Made by a program: the position numbers and the translations under genes. Below are positions 1 through 12,936 of a stretch of 64,000 nt of DNA, piece by piece (positions within the stretch are counted from its first letter, which is position 1; each line of letters starts with the position of its first letter). The notes under the pieces are model-generated. The model saw only the letters and a program-made list of their open reading frames with translations, searched no databases and was not told where the DNA came from. Source of the DNA: Phoronis australis (Eukaryota > Animalia > Phoronida); assembly GCA_002633005.1 (NCBI GenBank), contig NMRA01000597.1:156970-220969 (forward strand). The letters are read 5' to 3'.

Positions 1-317
1 TCACAATCTCCAAAAACGTACAAAACAGGCAACACATACACCAACCAATACAACAAGAAAATCTGACCAACCTTGTCACTCTCTATTAATTCACTAGCAA
101 ATAACAGCACTTTTCGCCAAAGAAATGCGTTATAAATAAAGCTGAAAACTAATTTACTCACAGAGGTGTTTGTCATCGAAAAGCAAAATGATACGGATAG
201 CTTGAGTTTAACAAAATTTCAGCCCACCACTCAGACTCTGAATGATCCATCAGTTTCACTTTGACTCTCTCCAAATCACAGGCTAACCATGCATAAAATG
301 TTTCGATCTGATCAACC

Positions 318-1426
318 TTAGTAAAATACGAAAACCAGATTTTGCGGACTAATTGTCCTTTCTACACTGATGTTCCAGCACTTGCTTTGTGAGACGATAA
401 TCAGAAATGCAAAAAAGCCTATTCCAGAGCTGTAATATAATTTCCGGAGAACTTTTGACCCTGACATCTTCATTTTTGGTGGATTCGGGACATCAAATAT
501 TGTTCGGGCACTGAAGTCAATACCAGCTTGTTCTTCATTCATGAACATGGACTCCTCGAAGTGATGAGAGCATAACTTGCGGTTCTTGGACAAATAGGTT
601 GCATCTCTATTCATAAGGTCAGCTCCCAGCGCTTGCACCTGAACAGAAATCAATGAGACTCAGGAACAAACCTCATACTCACTAGGTTCACAGAAGACTG
701 GTAGCCTACACTAAAGTACACTGCACTACAGATTTCCTATCGTACTGTGATTGTGATAGAGACAAAAGCGTTTTGGTGTCAACTCAAAAAAACTCGGACT
801 CAAATGTTGATCCACGGATATTACAATACTAGGGCCGCTCCTCCGCATCATTGACACATAGAATTAAGTTTTCAATGACGCACTGCTTAACTTAATTGGT
901 CCAACTGGCACATTAAAATTATGTTCGGATTTTTCACCTTTTCACCGAGACCTACAGATTCGCTAACTTAACTCATGACAGACTTAGTGGCCCTGTGGCT
1001 GTGATTGTGTCATGGCTGTGTCACCAGTCATATTACTCATGGCCATCATGGGCATGGGTATGTTTTCCTAAAATTGTCGCTGCGATCGTACGGGTGACAT
1101 TTTGATTTGGAATTGATGGTCTGCAAGTATCCAAAAAGCTGACGATCACATCGTACGTTCATCATAGTCCTTCCGCCGGCAGCCCGGTTGTACAGTAGGC
1201 CTAGCCTACACTGTGCACAGACAACAGAACAGTGGCAACGGGACTGTGATCGACTTGTCTAACAACCGTGAACAACGCAGAAAATGGAAAGTCAATGTAT
1301 TATATTATTGAATAACAGATAACCTCACCTTTATGGATCCTTAGGAAACCTAAAAAATGACACGTCTGTGGTTTTCGTGGATGAATTCATGCAATTTATC
1401 GCACTGCAAAATGCGTCCTTCCCCAT
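318..1426 (-). pseudogene. Decayed THAP-domain gene (THAP12/PRKRIR-like N-terminus), probably the 5' end of a DNA-transposon transposase
   Basis: Exon 1 (1426-1329) reads MGKDAFCSAINCMNSSTKTTDVSFFRFPKDP then TAA, followed by a GTGAG donor. After the acceptor, exon 2 starts at 638 with (R)CKRW, then a frameshift into ADLMNRDATYLSKNRKLCSHHFEESMF...TIFDVPNPP. This has the C2CH THAP signature with FFRFP, W and CxxHF motifs. The premature stop and frameshift indicate decay. Confidence 0.8.
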
Positions 1427-2130
1427 TGTTTTGGCGCTTCCTGGTTGACAGTTGCTTAATCACCACTTGGCGGCGCTAGTAGTAGCGGTAACAGCGAACT
1501 CACAAGTGAACTCTCCTATACTACTACACTCCTTGGTATAAGTATCACTTAACACTGATTGTCCGTTCGGAACAGTCGTTTCTTGCACTTACGAACTTTC
1601 AGTCGGCTGGTTGACGAACAGGTACTAGGGTATGCAGACAAGGGCGCTTCGCGGCTTCACGTTGTCCGGCTCCCGGTTGGAACACAAAATTTAGTTTCTG
1701 CAGTTCTCCAAACTCCATTTAATTGCACAACATCGGCTCTGGCAATCACAGGTATGGTCGTGACATTTACCGCTGCCACCATGAAGTATTATTTGACTGG
1801 TTAGAGGCGATGATGAAGACACCAAGTTCAGGACAGTAGGATTATATTTGAAGACTAAGTACCGAGAGAACTACTTCATACATAGAATTATATAACTACG
1901 CTACATAGTAATACAATACTACAACAAAGATGATTGGAGCCACACAAAATCTGCTGCTCCAAGAGCTCATACCACAGCCCAAAAGATAGCCTAGGCTTGA
2001 TGAGGCCAGTAGAGCGTGTGTTGGCAAAAGAAAAATTATTGATCCTTGGTGCCGTGACCCACTTCGTAATGCCCATATGGCGACTCTAGTACATGTCAGC
2101 CAGAAACAAGAAAAAGACAGATTTCTAATA

Positions 2131-2653
2131 CAGGCGAGCCTTGATACAACGTTCCCTGTTTACAATGATAACAGCGATATAACGTACAAACTTCCACGTC
2201 CCGATTTTACCTAATCCTAATGTATGTAAGTGTAGTACCACTTACTATAACGTATACATTCGGAAGATCCCTTGGTTGCTACGAAGTTTTACTGTAAATA
2301 TTCGATGGAACACCCACGTTGACAGTAAGCAGTTCCCGCAACTTACCCGTAAGACAAGCGAAGTAAGCAGGTCAACCCTCACAGCTTGCGAAGAGCAGTA
2401 CTTAGGACTTAGTGTGCAAAGTCTACGGAGAAACGTCACGTCCGTGTCTAGCTGCTCAGATATTCTCACACTCTTTCATGTCCAGCGCTACATTAACAGA
2501 TAGGTGGCGCTGTAACAGAGGTATAGGTTAAAGGTGTTTCGAGCTTGATAACTACTCCCATGAACTGAATATATTGCCGACTTTACTTTGTAGCTGAGCC
2601 CTACTGATACGTGTAGAATATAGCGAGGCCCTACACCAAACCGTCGAAAGGTA
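2131..2653. repeat. Composite dispersed repeat, copy A left part (starts with a Tc1/mariner-pogo-like end TA|CAGGCGAGCCTTGATACAACG)
   Basis: Aligns by eye with 21536-22064 (acaacgttccctgtttacaatgataacagcgatataacg ... accgtcgaaagg). Confidence 0.8.
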
Positions 2654-3437
2654 CACTGACACGCCGTAAAATGTAACAACTGTTACATTTTACGTCATTA
2701 TTATCTTTCACGTTGCCAAGCCTCTCCTATGAAATGTAGCAATTTTCGTCGAATGCACATGCGAGAAATGTACCATTGTTACATTTTACGAAAGCGACGT
2801 CATATTTTATGAGTTTGCATGGTATTTGTCTCATTTGAAAAAAGTACTTCTCTTGGCACACAGCAATGGACACTGTGGACTCAGTCAGGCAGACTCTGTA
2901 ATGATCGGGTCACTACTAAGTACTGTAAAATGTTTATGGCAACACACAAGACCTTGTGCATATGTGTCACATTTCAGAGAATTAATGGGCAAACGTTTTA
3001 CAATAAACCGATTCTAACAAACAGAAAGATTCCATTTGTGCCAGACAGTTACAGCACAAACCTATGGAAAGACTCGGCAGTGATCGGGTCATGTTCCTGA
3101 TGTGTTCCTGATGTGACGTGTTTCCGAAGATAGCCGAAGTTGAAAATTTTCTGTTCTCAAAAATTTGTGGGGAAGTGGGAGCGTGTTTTAAACGAATAAT
3201 AGAAGAATATGGGTATGAAATAAAAAGAAATGTGGTTTATAAGCAAAGTTTATTAACAGTCAGCAAATGTGTATATATGTTAACTACAACTAAATAACTG
3301 TGAACCAATCTCTTTAAAGGGGCAATAGTCCAAAAAGCTGACTATCGGCCTTTCGGACTACAGAAACGTACCTTTCTTTTTCTATTGATAAAACATGAAT
3401 TAAAACTGCCTTTTGGTAATTATTCTTTAGTTCAAAG

Positions 3438-3872
3438 CATAGGCGGATTTAGGGAGGGGCAGGGGGCATTACAAAAAGAAGTAGGTTTCGCGCGCAAACG
3501 CTATCGGACCATAAACAAGTACATGTAGGTCTCTTAGTATAACTTTAGTAGTTAAAGCGTGGTGGATTAGTGGTAAAGCACGCGCGCTTTATCCGCAAGG
3601 TCGTGAGGTCGAGTCTGTGGTAGTTGCAGTTTTTCCTGTTTTGACACGTTCTCCGTGTTTTTTTTTTGCCTTTTTTCTTGGATAATACTTCACAAATCAA
3701 AGAAAATGCTTGATTTTTAGAGGAAAAAACAGAACAAATTTCCTCGGGGGCAAACCCCCCTCCCGACCTCCCCCCATTCGGTGCTATGCGCATCTACAAT
3801 CGTGGTTTGTGCAAATACTTACAGCCGAACAAAATGTTGTCCCCCCCTTGTGATATTCTAGATCCGCCACTG
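3438..3872 (-). mobile_element. hAT-like MITE with 5-bp TSD (hAT5-type), internal-deletion derivative of 7139-8126
   Basis: Ends CATAGGCGGATTTAGG and TAGATCCGCCACTG. TSD CAAAG at 3433-3437 and 3873-3877. Confidence 0.85.
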
Positions 3873-4707
3873 CAAAGCACATGTAAATAATGACAAAGAT
3901 TGTACATCCACTATTAATCGACGGGAAGCCACGTGTCATGAGGCGCCATTTTTTGTGTTGCCACTCGCTGTGAACAACACGCGTGGTTGTCGGCAGATCG
4001 CATAAAAAGTGGATATTAAACATCGCTGACTTCGACGTTGACCGTTTTTGTTCCATACAATTCATTTTCAAGGAAACCTAGTTGAAATCACTTAGTTAAA
4101 TCACTATGCTTTTCTAAGAATATTGGGGTCCGTTCCACATAAAGTTGTTGGGTGTTTTGTGTGTTCGTTATCAACTATTCTAATGACCCGGTGACCGCAG
4201 CCATAGCCGAATAGTCGCTAGTTCTCGAAAAAGGTCTGCCTCCGGGATGCAACCTAACGTAATCTTTGAACTTACACATCATCGTGCAACAAGCCCCAGT
4301 TCCTTGAAAAGGAATGTTTTCAACAAGAGACAAAAATGATTACACGCTGGGTATCCTCACGTTCAGATGTAAGTCGCAAGTTAAAGATTGCGGTCTGAAT
4401 TCAGTTCTTCGTGGCAAACTGCAGAAGGATATATTTATATTTACAGATAATACCGGGCTTGCCGATAGTTAAGAAATAATTAATGTGTGAAGTTGGCGCA
4501 AGTCTAAGCAAGACTTGAAATCTCAACCGCCTCGTTTCCAAAAAATAGGCGTACTCTGCATCCACAGCTGAACATAGGAACCCCTTTAAATCCTTTGAAA
4601 CTGCACTCGCAGCTCACTATGGGAAGCCCGGTGAAAACATTGAATCATAAATGAGATGATTCTAAAATCTTTGAGGACCACGATGTATTAGCACTTTAAT
4701 GAACATG

Positions 4708-4752
4708 TAATAATAATAATAATGATAATAATAATAAGAATAATAATAACGA
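4708..4752 (+). repeat. Imperfect (AAT)n microsatellite (second copy at ~6079-6130)
   Basis: taataataataataatgataataataataagaataataataac. Confidence 0.9.
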
Positions 4753-5058
4753 TAACGAGTAATAGTAAGAATGATAATGGGTAGCCAAATTCATGTCACG
4801 TCAGCCGGGAGGGCATTCCTGTAGAAGAGGCATACGAAAAGTGTGACACAAAAAGGTGTTTTTTACAACAAAAAACTCCAAAATGGTGCCATTTTCGACA
4901 AAATATTATCTAAAATGTGCCTTTTCTGAACTTCTGGAACAGAACTATGTAAAATGTAACTACTTGTTACATTTTAGGAGCGGCTTAGAAACGCTGAATG
5001 TAACAATGACGTAAAATGTAATAGTTGTCACATTGTTACATTTTACGGCTTATCAGTG

Positions 5059-5748
5059 CACTGAAGAAGATACGCTATTCAAACACACAGTTTAATTACA
5101 TTCCCAGTGGTGTGATTATAATTTCCGCCTGTCTGTGCCAAGGTCACGTCTATATTCATTTAACACTACCTTGGACTCACAGTCTCAAGTCAAACGATCT
5201 TCAAACTGACGTTAGAATAGGATTGAGTGACAAAAAAATATCAAGGGTACAAATAGTCAGTAGGCCTACCTGACAAACCGACCGGTTCGGAATCGGTTTC
5301 AGGTGCCGTAATCGACAGTTACTCTCCACGCAGTCAGCCCCATGCATGGTTTTGCCTCGCTGAGCGCGATCGGTCCAGCATCACGGCCGCAAAACCCATT
5401 GAATATTTGCATATGCCTACCGTCATCAAATTCTTTAATAACCACGGTGACAGCCTTCAACCGAATTATTTCTACGATACTTTCACTTGTATTGCTCCCA
5501 GTTCTAGTATACACCATCATTACAGCAGGCAATAAATCTATTATAAACTAACCAAGTTTTGTTCTGGTACTGAAAATCTGTTTAAAAATTCTCTGCGAAA
5601 TGTTTCGACTAAAATTGTGAACAATCTTCCATGCTGTGTCCTTGAAAAGATTTATACCCATTCTCTGTTTAGAATTAATTAGAAATCGTTGATTTGATGA
5701 GAATCGTCTTGATTGCACCAATTCCGACTGCTATGTTCATGTTGTTAC
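5059..5748 (+). repeat. Composite dispersed repeat, copy A right part, ending in a LINE ORF2 C-terminus-like fragment
   Basis: Aligns with 22065-22735. The last ~170 bp translate to KNSLRNV..IVNNLP..VLEKIYTHSL...CTNSDCY, resembling the extreme C-terminus of L2/CR1-group ORF2. Confidence 0.7.
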
Positions 5749-6077
5749 AGTGGCGGANTTGCGGTCTGAATTCAGTTCTTCGTGGCAAACTGCAGAAGGA
5801 TATATTTATATTTACAGATAATACCGGGCTTGCCTATAGTTAAGAAATAATTAATGTGTGAAGTTGGCGCAAGTCTAAGCAAGACTTGAAATCTCAACCG
5901 CCTCGTTTCCAAAAAATAGGCGTACTCTGCATCCACAGCTGAACATAGGAACCCCTTTAAATCCTTTGAAACTGCACTCGCAGCACACTATGGGAAGCCC
6001 GGTGAAAACATTGAATCATAAATGAGATGATTCTAAAATCTTTGAGGACCACGATGTATTAGCACTTTAATGAACAT

Positions 6078-6120
<43 letters not shown>

Positions 6121-7138
6121 GAATAATAACGATAACGAGTAATAGTAAGAATGATAATGGGTAGCCAAATTCATGTCACGTCAGCCGGGAGGGCATTCCT
6201 GTAGAAGAGGCATATGAAAAGTGTGACACAAAAAGGTGTTTTTTACAACAAAAAACTCCAAAATGGTGCCATTTTCGACAAAATATTATCTAAAAATGTG
6301 CCTTTTCTGAACTTCTGGAACAGAACTATGTAAAATGTAACTACTTGTTACATTTTAGGAGCGGCTTAGAAACGCTGAATGTAACAAAGACGTAAAATGT
6401 AATAGTTGTCACATTGTTACATTTTACGGCTTATCAGTGCACTGAAAAAGATACGCTATTCAAACACACAGTTTAATTACATTCCCCAGTGGTGTGATTA
6501 TAATTTCCGCCTGTCTGTGCCAAGGTCACGTCTATATTCATTTAACACTACCTTGGACTCACAGTCTCGAGTCAAGCGATCTTCAAACTGACGTTAGAAT
6601 AGGATTGAGTGATAAAAAATATCTAGGGTACAAATAGTCAGTAGGCCTACCTGACAAACCGACCGGTTCGGAATCGGTTTCAGGTGCCGTAATCGACCGT
6701 TACTCTCCACGCAGTCAGCCTCATGCATGGTTTTGCCGCGCTGGGCGCGATCGGTCGAGTATCACGGCCGCAAAACCCATTGAATATTTGCATATGCCTA
6801 CCGTCATCAAATTCTTTAATAACCACGGTGACAGCCTTCAACCGAATTATTTCTACGATACTTTCACTTGCATTGCTCCCAGTTCTAGCATACACCATCA
6901 TTACACCAGGCAATAAATCTATAATAAACTAACCAAGTTTTGTTCTGGTACTGAAAATCTATTTAAAAATTCTGTGCGAAATTTTTCGCCTAACCTTGTG
7001 AACAATCTTCCATGCTGTGTCCTTGAAAAGATTTATACCCATTCTCTATTTAGTGTAATAAATAATTAATTAGAAATCATTGATTTGATGAGAATCGTCT
7101 TGATTGCACCAATTCCGACTGCTATGTTCATGTTGTTA

Positions 7139-8126
7139 CAGTGGCGGATCTAGGATATCACAAGGGGGGGCCCAACATTTTGTCAGTAAACATTTGCGCA
7201 AAGCACGATTGTAGATGCGCATAGCCCCCAATGGGGGGAGGTTGGGAGGGGGAAATTTTTCTGTTTTTTCCTCTAAAAATCAAGCATTTTCCTTGATTCC
7301 CGAAGTATTATCCAAGAAAAAAAGCAAAAAAAGAACACTGAGAAAGTGTCAAACAGGAAAAACTGCAAGTGCCACAGTCCTGAACTCACGACCTGACGAA
7401 TAGAGCGCGCGTGCTTTACCACTGCACCACCACAATTTATCTCCTAATTAGTTACTAAGAGACCTACTTGTTTATGGTCCACAGCGTTTGCGCTCGAAAC
7501 CTTCTTCTTTTTGTAATGTTTATTACACTTTTTATATTTTGTGCTATCAGTTCGTAACAAATTTGTTGTATTTAAAATAGTCTTCAATTGCCCAAAAGAC
7601 CAAATCCGTTATTTTGTGTTGGCATTAATGACGCGATTCCTTTGGAAATCGTCTTAAGGTTTGACAAAGAGAGAATTATGAGTTTCTGAGTGATTTACTA
7701 AGGCTTCGATTAAAATTCACATCTTACCAGCAGTTTGTTTTTTCATCGTCACTCAGATTCCATTTTCTTTAAAAAATGAAGTAATTTTCTTCATTGCACA
7801 GTGAAGCAGACGACGGAAACGGAGTCGTAGTGTGCAGCGCCACTGCCGGACGACTGGGATATCGCGAAAGAGCCTATACTTAGCCATAGCTCCGTTACGA
7901 TTGAGCCGTGTTCCGAATTTGACACTTGAAATTGGATCTGAGCCCCCCTCCCCCCCTCCCCTCCCCCCCAACACACTAAAACTGCACACATTTCAATCTT
8001 GTTTCCGCCGTATAATGTTAATTACCGGGATTAATTGATAAACTCAACATTTCCCTACGCTCTTGCTGTTTTATTTTTTTTGCGGCAGCCAAGAGGGGGG
8101 CCCTGACCCCCCTAAATCCGCCTATG
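7139..8126 (+). mobile_element. hAT-like non-autonomous element with 5-bp TSD (hAT5-type)
   Basis: Ends CAGTGGCGGATCTAGG and CCTAAATCCGCCTATG. TSD TGTTA at 7134-7138 and 8127-8131. Homologous in inverted orientation to 3438-3872. Confidence 0.85.
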
Positions 8127-10565
8127 TGTTATCTAATTTAAGTCGAAATGTTCAATCCCAGCAGAGACACATTCCATTGTGTTCCTCCCAAGCAGTGTTC
8201 AGTTCATCTTAACATTGAAATCTGTGTTATGTCGTCAATACTCGTTCACGTCGACTGGAGGATTCTGACACATTTTGCAAAGAAGGTACCCCCGAACAGA
8301 AGTTGCAACTCATAGTGGTTGCATTAAAGGAGAATGCCACCCGATTTAATTAGTCTTTTTTGCATTCTTAATCGGTCTATACCCACATCGCCTAGCATAC
8401 GGTCGACCTTACCTTGCCAAGAGGTGTCGCGTTAACCTTTGAGAAACGACGCTAGCGACGTCAATGGTTCATATGCAGAGTGAATGCCGCTATGTTGCGG
8501 TGCATCGTTCTCGCTTGACCGAACTAAGCAGATGCGAGGAAAGCGGGTATATCGTTTTTTACTTTCTCGAGAGTCCAAAATGCTTAGGAAGTGGCTCATG
8601 GTAGTGAAGAATGAAATGTACGCTGTAAATAGCAAGTATGAGGCCGTGAAACATCTCCATGTCTGTGGCCTGCAAACTGGCGTCGACAGTGCCTGACAAA
8701 TGCCGGCTTGCCAAATAACTCCATACGTTCCATTGTCTGAGCTTGTTCACGGCGCCTCTCTAGTATTTCTTCATCACTGTATTCTTGCTCGAATTGATAG
8801 CCTGTAAAACTTAACGATCCACCTGCGAAGTCGTCCTAAGTCGGGATTGCGAGTTGCCATGTTGGCGTTTATTACTGAGCGTTCTTTTTCAAAATGAATT
8901 ATTCTCACCCTAACCAATACTTATATAAAACTGAAACAAAGTCTGTATCNTTTTCTGTTTTTTCCTCTAAAAATCAACCATTTTCCTTGATTCCCGAAGT
9001 ACTATCCAAGAAAAAAAAGCAAAAAAAGAACACTGAGAAAGTGTCAAACAGGAAAAACTGCAAGTACCACAGACCCGAACTCACGAACTGACGAATAGAG
9101 CGCGCGTGCTTTACCACTGCACCACCACAATTTATCTCCTAATTAGTTACAAAGAGACCTACTTGTTTATGGTCCACAGCGTTTGCGCCCGAAACCTTCT
9201 TCTTTTTGTAATGTTTATTACACTTTTTATAATTTGTGCTATCAGTTCGTAACAAATTTGTTGTATTTAAAATAGTCTTCAATTGGCCGAAAGACCAAAT
9301 CCGTTATTTTGTGTTGGCATTAATGACGCGATTCCTTTGGAAATCGTCTTAAGGTTTGACAAAGAGAGAATTATGAGTTTCTGAGTGATTTACTAAGGCT
9401 TCGATTAAAATTCACATCTTACTAGCAGTTTGTTTTTTCATCGTCACTCAGATTCCATTTTCTTTAAAAAATGAAGTAATTTTCTTCATTGCACAGTGAA
9501 GCAGACGACGGAAACGGAGTCGTAGTGTGCAGCGCCACTGCCGGTCGACTGGGATATCGCCCCAACACACTAAAACTGCACACATTTCAATCTTGTTTCC
9601 GCCGTATAATGTTAATTACCGGGGTTAAATGATAAACTCAACATTTCCCTACGCTCTTGCTGTTTTATTTTTTTGCGGCAGCCAAGAGGGGGGGCCCTGA
9701 CCCCCCTAAATCCGCCTATGTGTTATCTAATTTAAGTCGAAATGTTCAATCCCAGCAGAGGCACATTCCATTGTGTTCCTCCCAAGCAGTGTTCAGTTCA
9801 TCTTAGAACATTGAAGTCTGTGTTATGTCGTCAATACTCGTTCACGTCGACTGGAGGATTCTGACACATTTTGCAAAGAAGGTACCCCCGAACAGAAGTT
9901 GCAACTCATAGTGGTTGCATTAAAGGAGAATGCCACCCGATTTAATTAGTCTTTTTTGCCTTCTTAATCGGTCTATACCCACATCGCCTAGCATACGGTC
10001 GACCTTACCTTGCCAAGAGGTGTCGCGTTAACCTGTGAGAAACGACGCTAGCGACGTCAATGGTTCATATGCAGAGTGAATGCCGCTATGTTACGGTGCA
10101 TCGTTCCCGCTTGACCGAACTAAGCAGCTGCGAGGAAAGCGGGTATATCGTTTTTTTTTTACTTTCACGAGAGTCCAAAATGCTTAGGAAGTGGCTCATG
10201 GTAGTGAAGAATGAAATGTACGCTGTAAATAGCAAGTATGAGGTCGTGAAACATCTCCATGTCTGTGGCCTGCAGACTGGCGTCGACAGTGCCTGACAAA
10301 TGCCGGCTTGCCAAATAACTCCATACGTTGTCTGAGCTTGTTCACGGCGCCTCTCTAGTATTTCTTCATCACTGTATTCTTGCTCGAATTGATAGCCTGT
10401 AAAACTTAACGATCCACCTGCGAAGTCGGGAGTGATGAGCTCTAGCTCGTCCTAAGTCGGGATTGCGAGTTGCCATGTTGGCGTTTATTACTGAGCGTTC
10501 TTTTTCAAAATTAATTATTCTCACCCTAACCAATACTTATATAAAACTGAAACAAAGTCTGTATC
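7257..10565. repeat. Near-identical tandem duplication (7257-8949 / 8951-10565) joined by a single N; likely haplotype overlap
   Basis: Both copies start ttttctgttttttcctc and end aaagtctgtatc. N at 8950. Copy 2 lacks ~100 bp present at ~7866-7965. Confidence 0.9.
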
Positions 10566-11601
10566 ATTAGATGCAATTTGTAATGCCTTTGGAGTGTTCG
10601 TAAGTGCAAATGATTTGAGAAGCCAGCAATGAATAAATCACTGCGTTACCGGCTTTAGGTGCAATAAAACTAATTGACGGGACACCGAGGCCGCGTGAGC
10701 TCATGATTGAGTGTTTGCTGGCAGAAACTGTTGTGAAACAACTCGATTTCCATCCCACGGCCAGGTGTTAGGGGAATCTTTATTTACATTTACATTACTC
10801 AAATAATGATTGTCAATGTACAACTTCTGCCCTGACGGTGCTGTGGCCAAAGCGGAACCTGAATTCGCGGCCCGGCCCCGATGAGTAAGTAGGTTTGCAG
10901 TTTCGTGGCTAATTCACCAACAGAATCACGTGCACATTAATTTGGCTCACTATAGTATAGTATTTTCTTGACTGGAAGTTTAGTTTCCACTGAACTTTGG
11001 CTGGTTTATGTTCGTGACTGTCTGATCAGTTTCCGAGCCACTGGCCGGCCGGGGATAACGAGTCAATCCGGCCGGCCGCGACGGGCCTGATCGGGTTCCG
11101 AGCCACTGGCCAGGATAACAAGCGTTTTGTGTTTAGAACTTAAAAAATCACAAGTCCAAACAACACAGATCAAAGTTCTCGTGTCTGTATCTCACGGAAA
11201 ATACTTCGAAATTATCTCCGAACAGACCCCAAACTCCTCTACGGACCTCATTGGCCTGCCGAACTTTGTAGGCTACGATGTGTCCAAATACCAATAAATC
11301 CATAAGAGCGAAATAAAACAACACGTTTTTCTAAGAACTCGGTGTATTTTTAAGGGTTTTACATCGAAGTTTGATGATTTATTGGTGTTAAACGATGACT
11401 TCAAGCGATAAGCTGACACCAGTAACCCGTGTTGAGAACTACTGAACAGATTGCGTGTGAAACCGATGACATCATTGGATAATTTCAACACCTCCGTCTG
11501 CCGTCAGGTGTCAGGTAACGCAACCGTACGTGTCGTTATGGAGTAGAGCTACTCGATCTTAATTGATACAAATTAGGCTGTTTTTTGGGTGGCATGGACC
11601 T
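9924..11601. mobile_element. Kolobok-like non-autonomous DNA transposon (TTAA TSD) with remnants of a THAP ORF and an opposing ORF
   Basis: Left end TTAA|AGGAGAATGCCACCC; right end GGGTGGCATGGACCT|TTAA. Plus-strand remnant MPLC...RKWLMVVK...KHLHVCGL is THAP-like. A minus-strand remnant reads GYQFEQEYSDEEILERRR. The left part is duplicated at 8327-8949. Confidence 0.6.
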
Positions 11602-12936
11602 TTAAGGGCCGATAAAGCGAGAAAATCGTCTTATAAAAATAGTATTATTGTGCAAAATAGATGCTGAATCGTTAGTCGCCACTTTCAGAAAAATCTGTGA
11701 ACCTAGTTTCGATTTGCAATCGCGTTTTTAAGACTGTCGTCACCACTCTAGTATTGTTGATCGCGCTTTGGTGTGAAAGTTAATAGTTACTTCGAGTAAC
11801 TAAACTTTTTAATATAATTGTGTTTATTCGAACATGCAACAAAATCGTCCGTAACATTGTTACAACAACCACTTCTTTAATTTCCTTCTGTATTTATTTT
11901 CCAAGCAATAAACATACAAGCGCAACCTGCAACAGTCAAAATGCTTGATACAAGCTAATTCTCAATGCTGCAAATCAAAATATTACCATTAAAATTCATG
12001 TCATCTCCAACATAAGTAAACTAGATTGAACAGGGACGAAACGACATTCAAAATGGTCAAGAAATATCGAAATTTAGAATATTTGTAAGATAATGGTGAT
12101 AAAGTGATTGTGCACAATACCCGATGGCCGGTGATGTCACTTGAGATTGTTATCTGCAAACCCTGTGGAACAAGTCGGCGGGTTCGACCTTGCTATGGGA
12201 TCGATTTCCAACAAACAACCTGCACGACTTTGTTAACCAAATCACTTTAAAACATGACCACACTTATCGAATTCTGAATTACAGACGAATGAGAGGGGCT
12301 TTCAAGTAATAAGCAATGCCACACAATCATTGCTCAATTATCGAATTCGCAAATTTCAGTGTTGGCCAATTTCAGGAAACTTGAAACCATTTTTTAGGCG
12401 ACGATGGTTTTGATGTTCTGTTGGCAACGTAAACCAAATCATACCATGCTAAAGATTATGAGACTGGTTTTTGGCAGTTACCGGTAAATGATAACTTATC
12501 AAAATGCAATCTTAAGTGCAATTTCATTATGTTGGTCGACACGCATAGAGAATATACCTTCTCTGTGTGTAAGCTGGTGCATCAAAACCTTTGATATCAG
12601 TCACTCGTATCAAACCAGCAACTTTTCACAAATTGAAAACGATTAATAGCATATACACAATGGGGATCAATGGTTAAATTTTCTTAGAACAATTATTAAC
12701 TGCGTTTTGATACGTTGATTTTTGATTACACCCTCCATCGATTTACTTAGAGCACAAATCATCTTATACTCTGCAACAACTTCTCCCAAAACTTCTCCTA
12801 CTATGATAGAAGATGATAACAACCCCATTGGAAGTTGTATTGCAGGGGAAATTTAAAGACCGAGATCTTCTGGTTCACGGTTTCTATAATTAGGCCATCA
12901 ATGAGGATTTTTCTCTTTAAAAGTATAAGTATCTGT

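Larger units (their letters stand above)
2654..5058. mobile_element. Non-autonomous TIR DNA transposon with CACTG...CAGTG ends (CMC/EnSpm-like)
   Basis: Left TIR CACTGACACGCCGTAAAATGTAACAA matches the reverse complement of the right end, CACTGATAAGCCGTAAAATGTAACAA. Both ends carry many subterminal AAATGTAAC/GTTACATTT repeats. The element splits a repeat that is contiguous at 22050-22080. TSD is ambiguous. Confidence 0.75.
4388..7148. repeat. Near-identical tandem duplication (4388-5757 / 5759-7148) joined by a single N; likely haplotype overlap
   Basis: Both copies start ttgcggtctgaattcag and end gttacagtggcgga. N at 5758. They differ only by scattered SNPs and small indels. Confidence 0.9.

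Noticed and set aside
5299-6932. Duplicated 69-77 aa ORFs suggesting a small gene family
   Set aside because: They lie in a repeat and in a probable false duplication, and the frame is not preserved in the copy at ~22300-22520.
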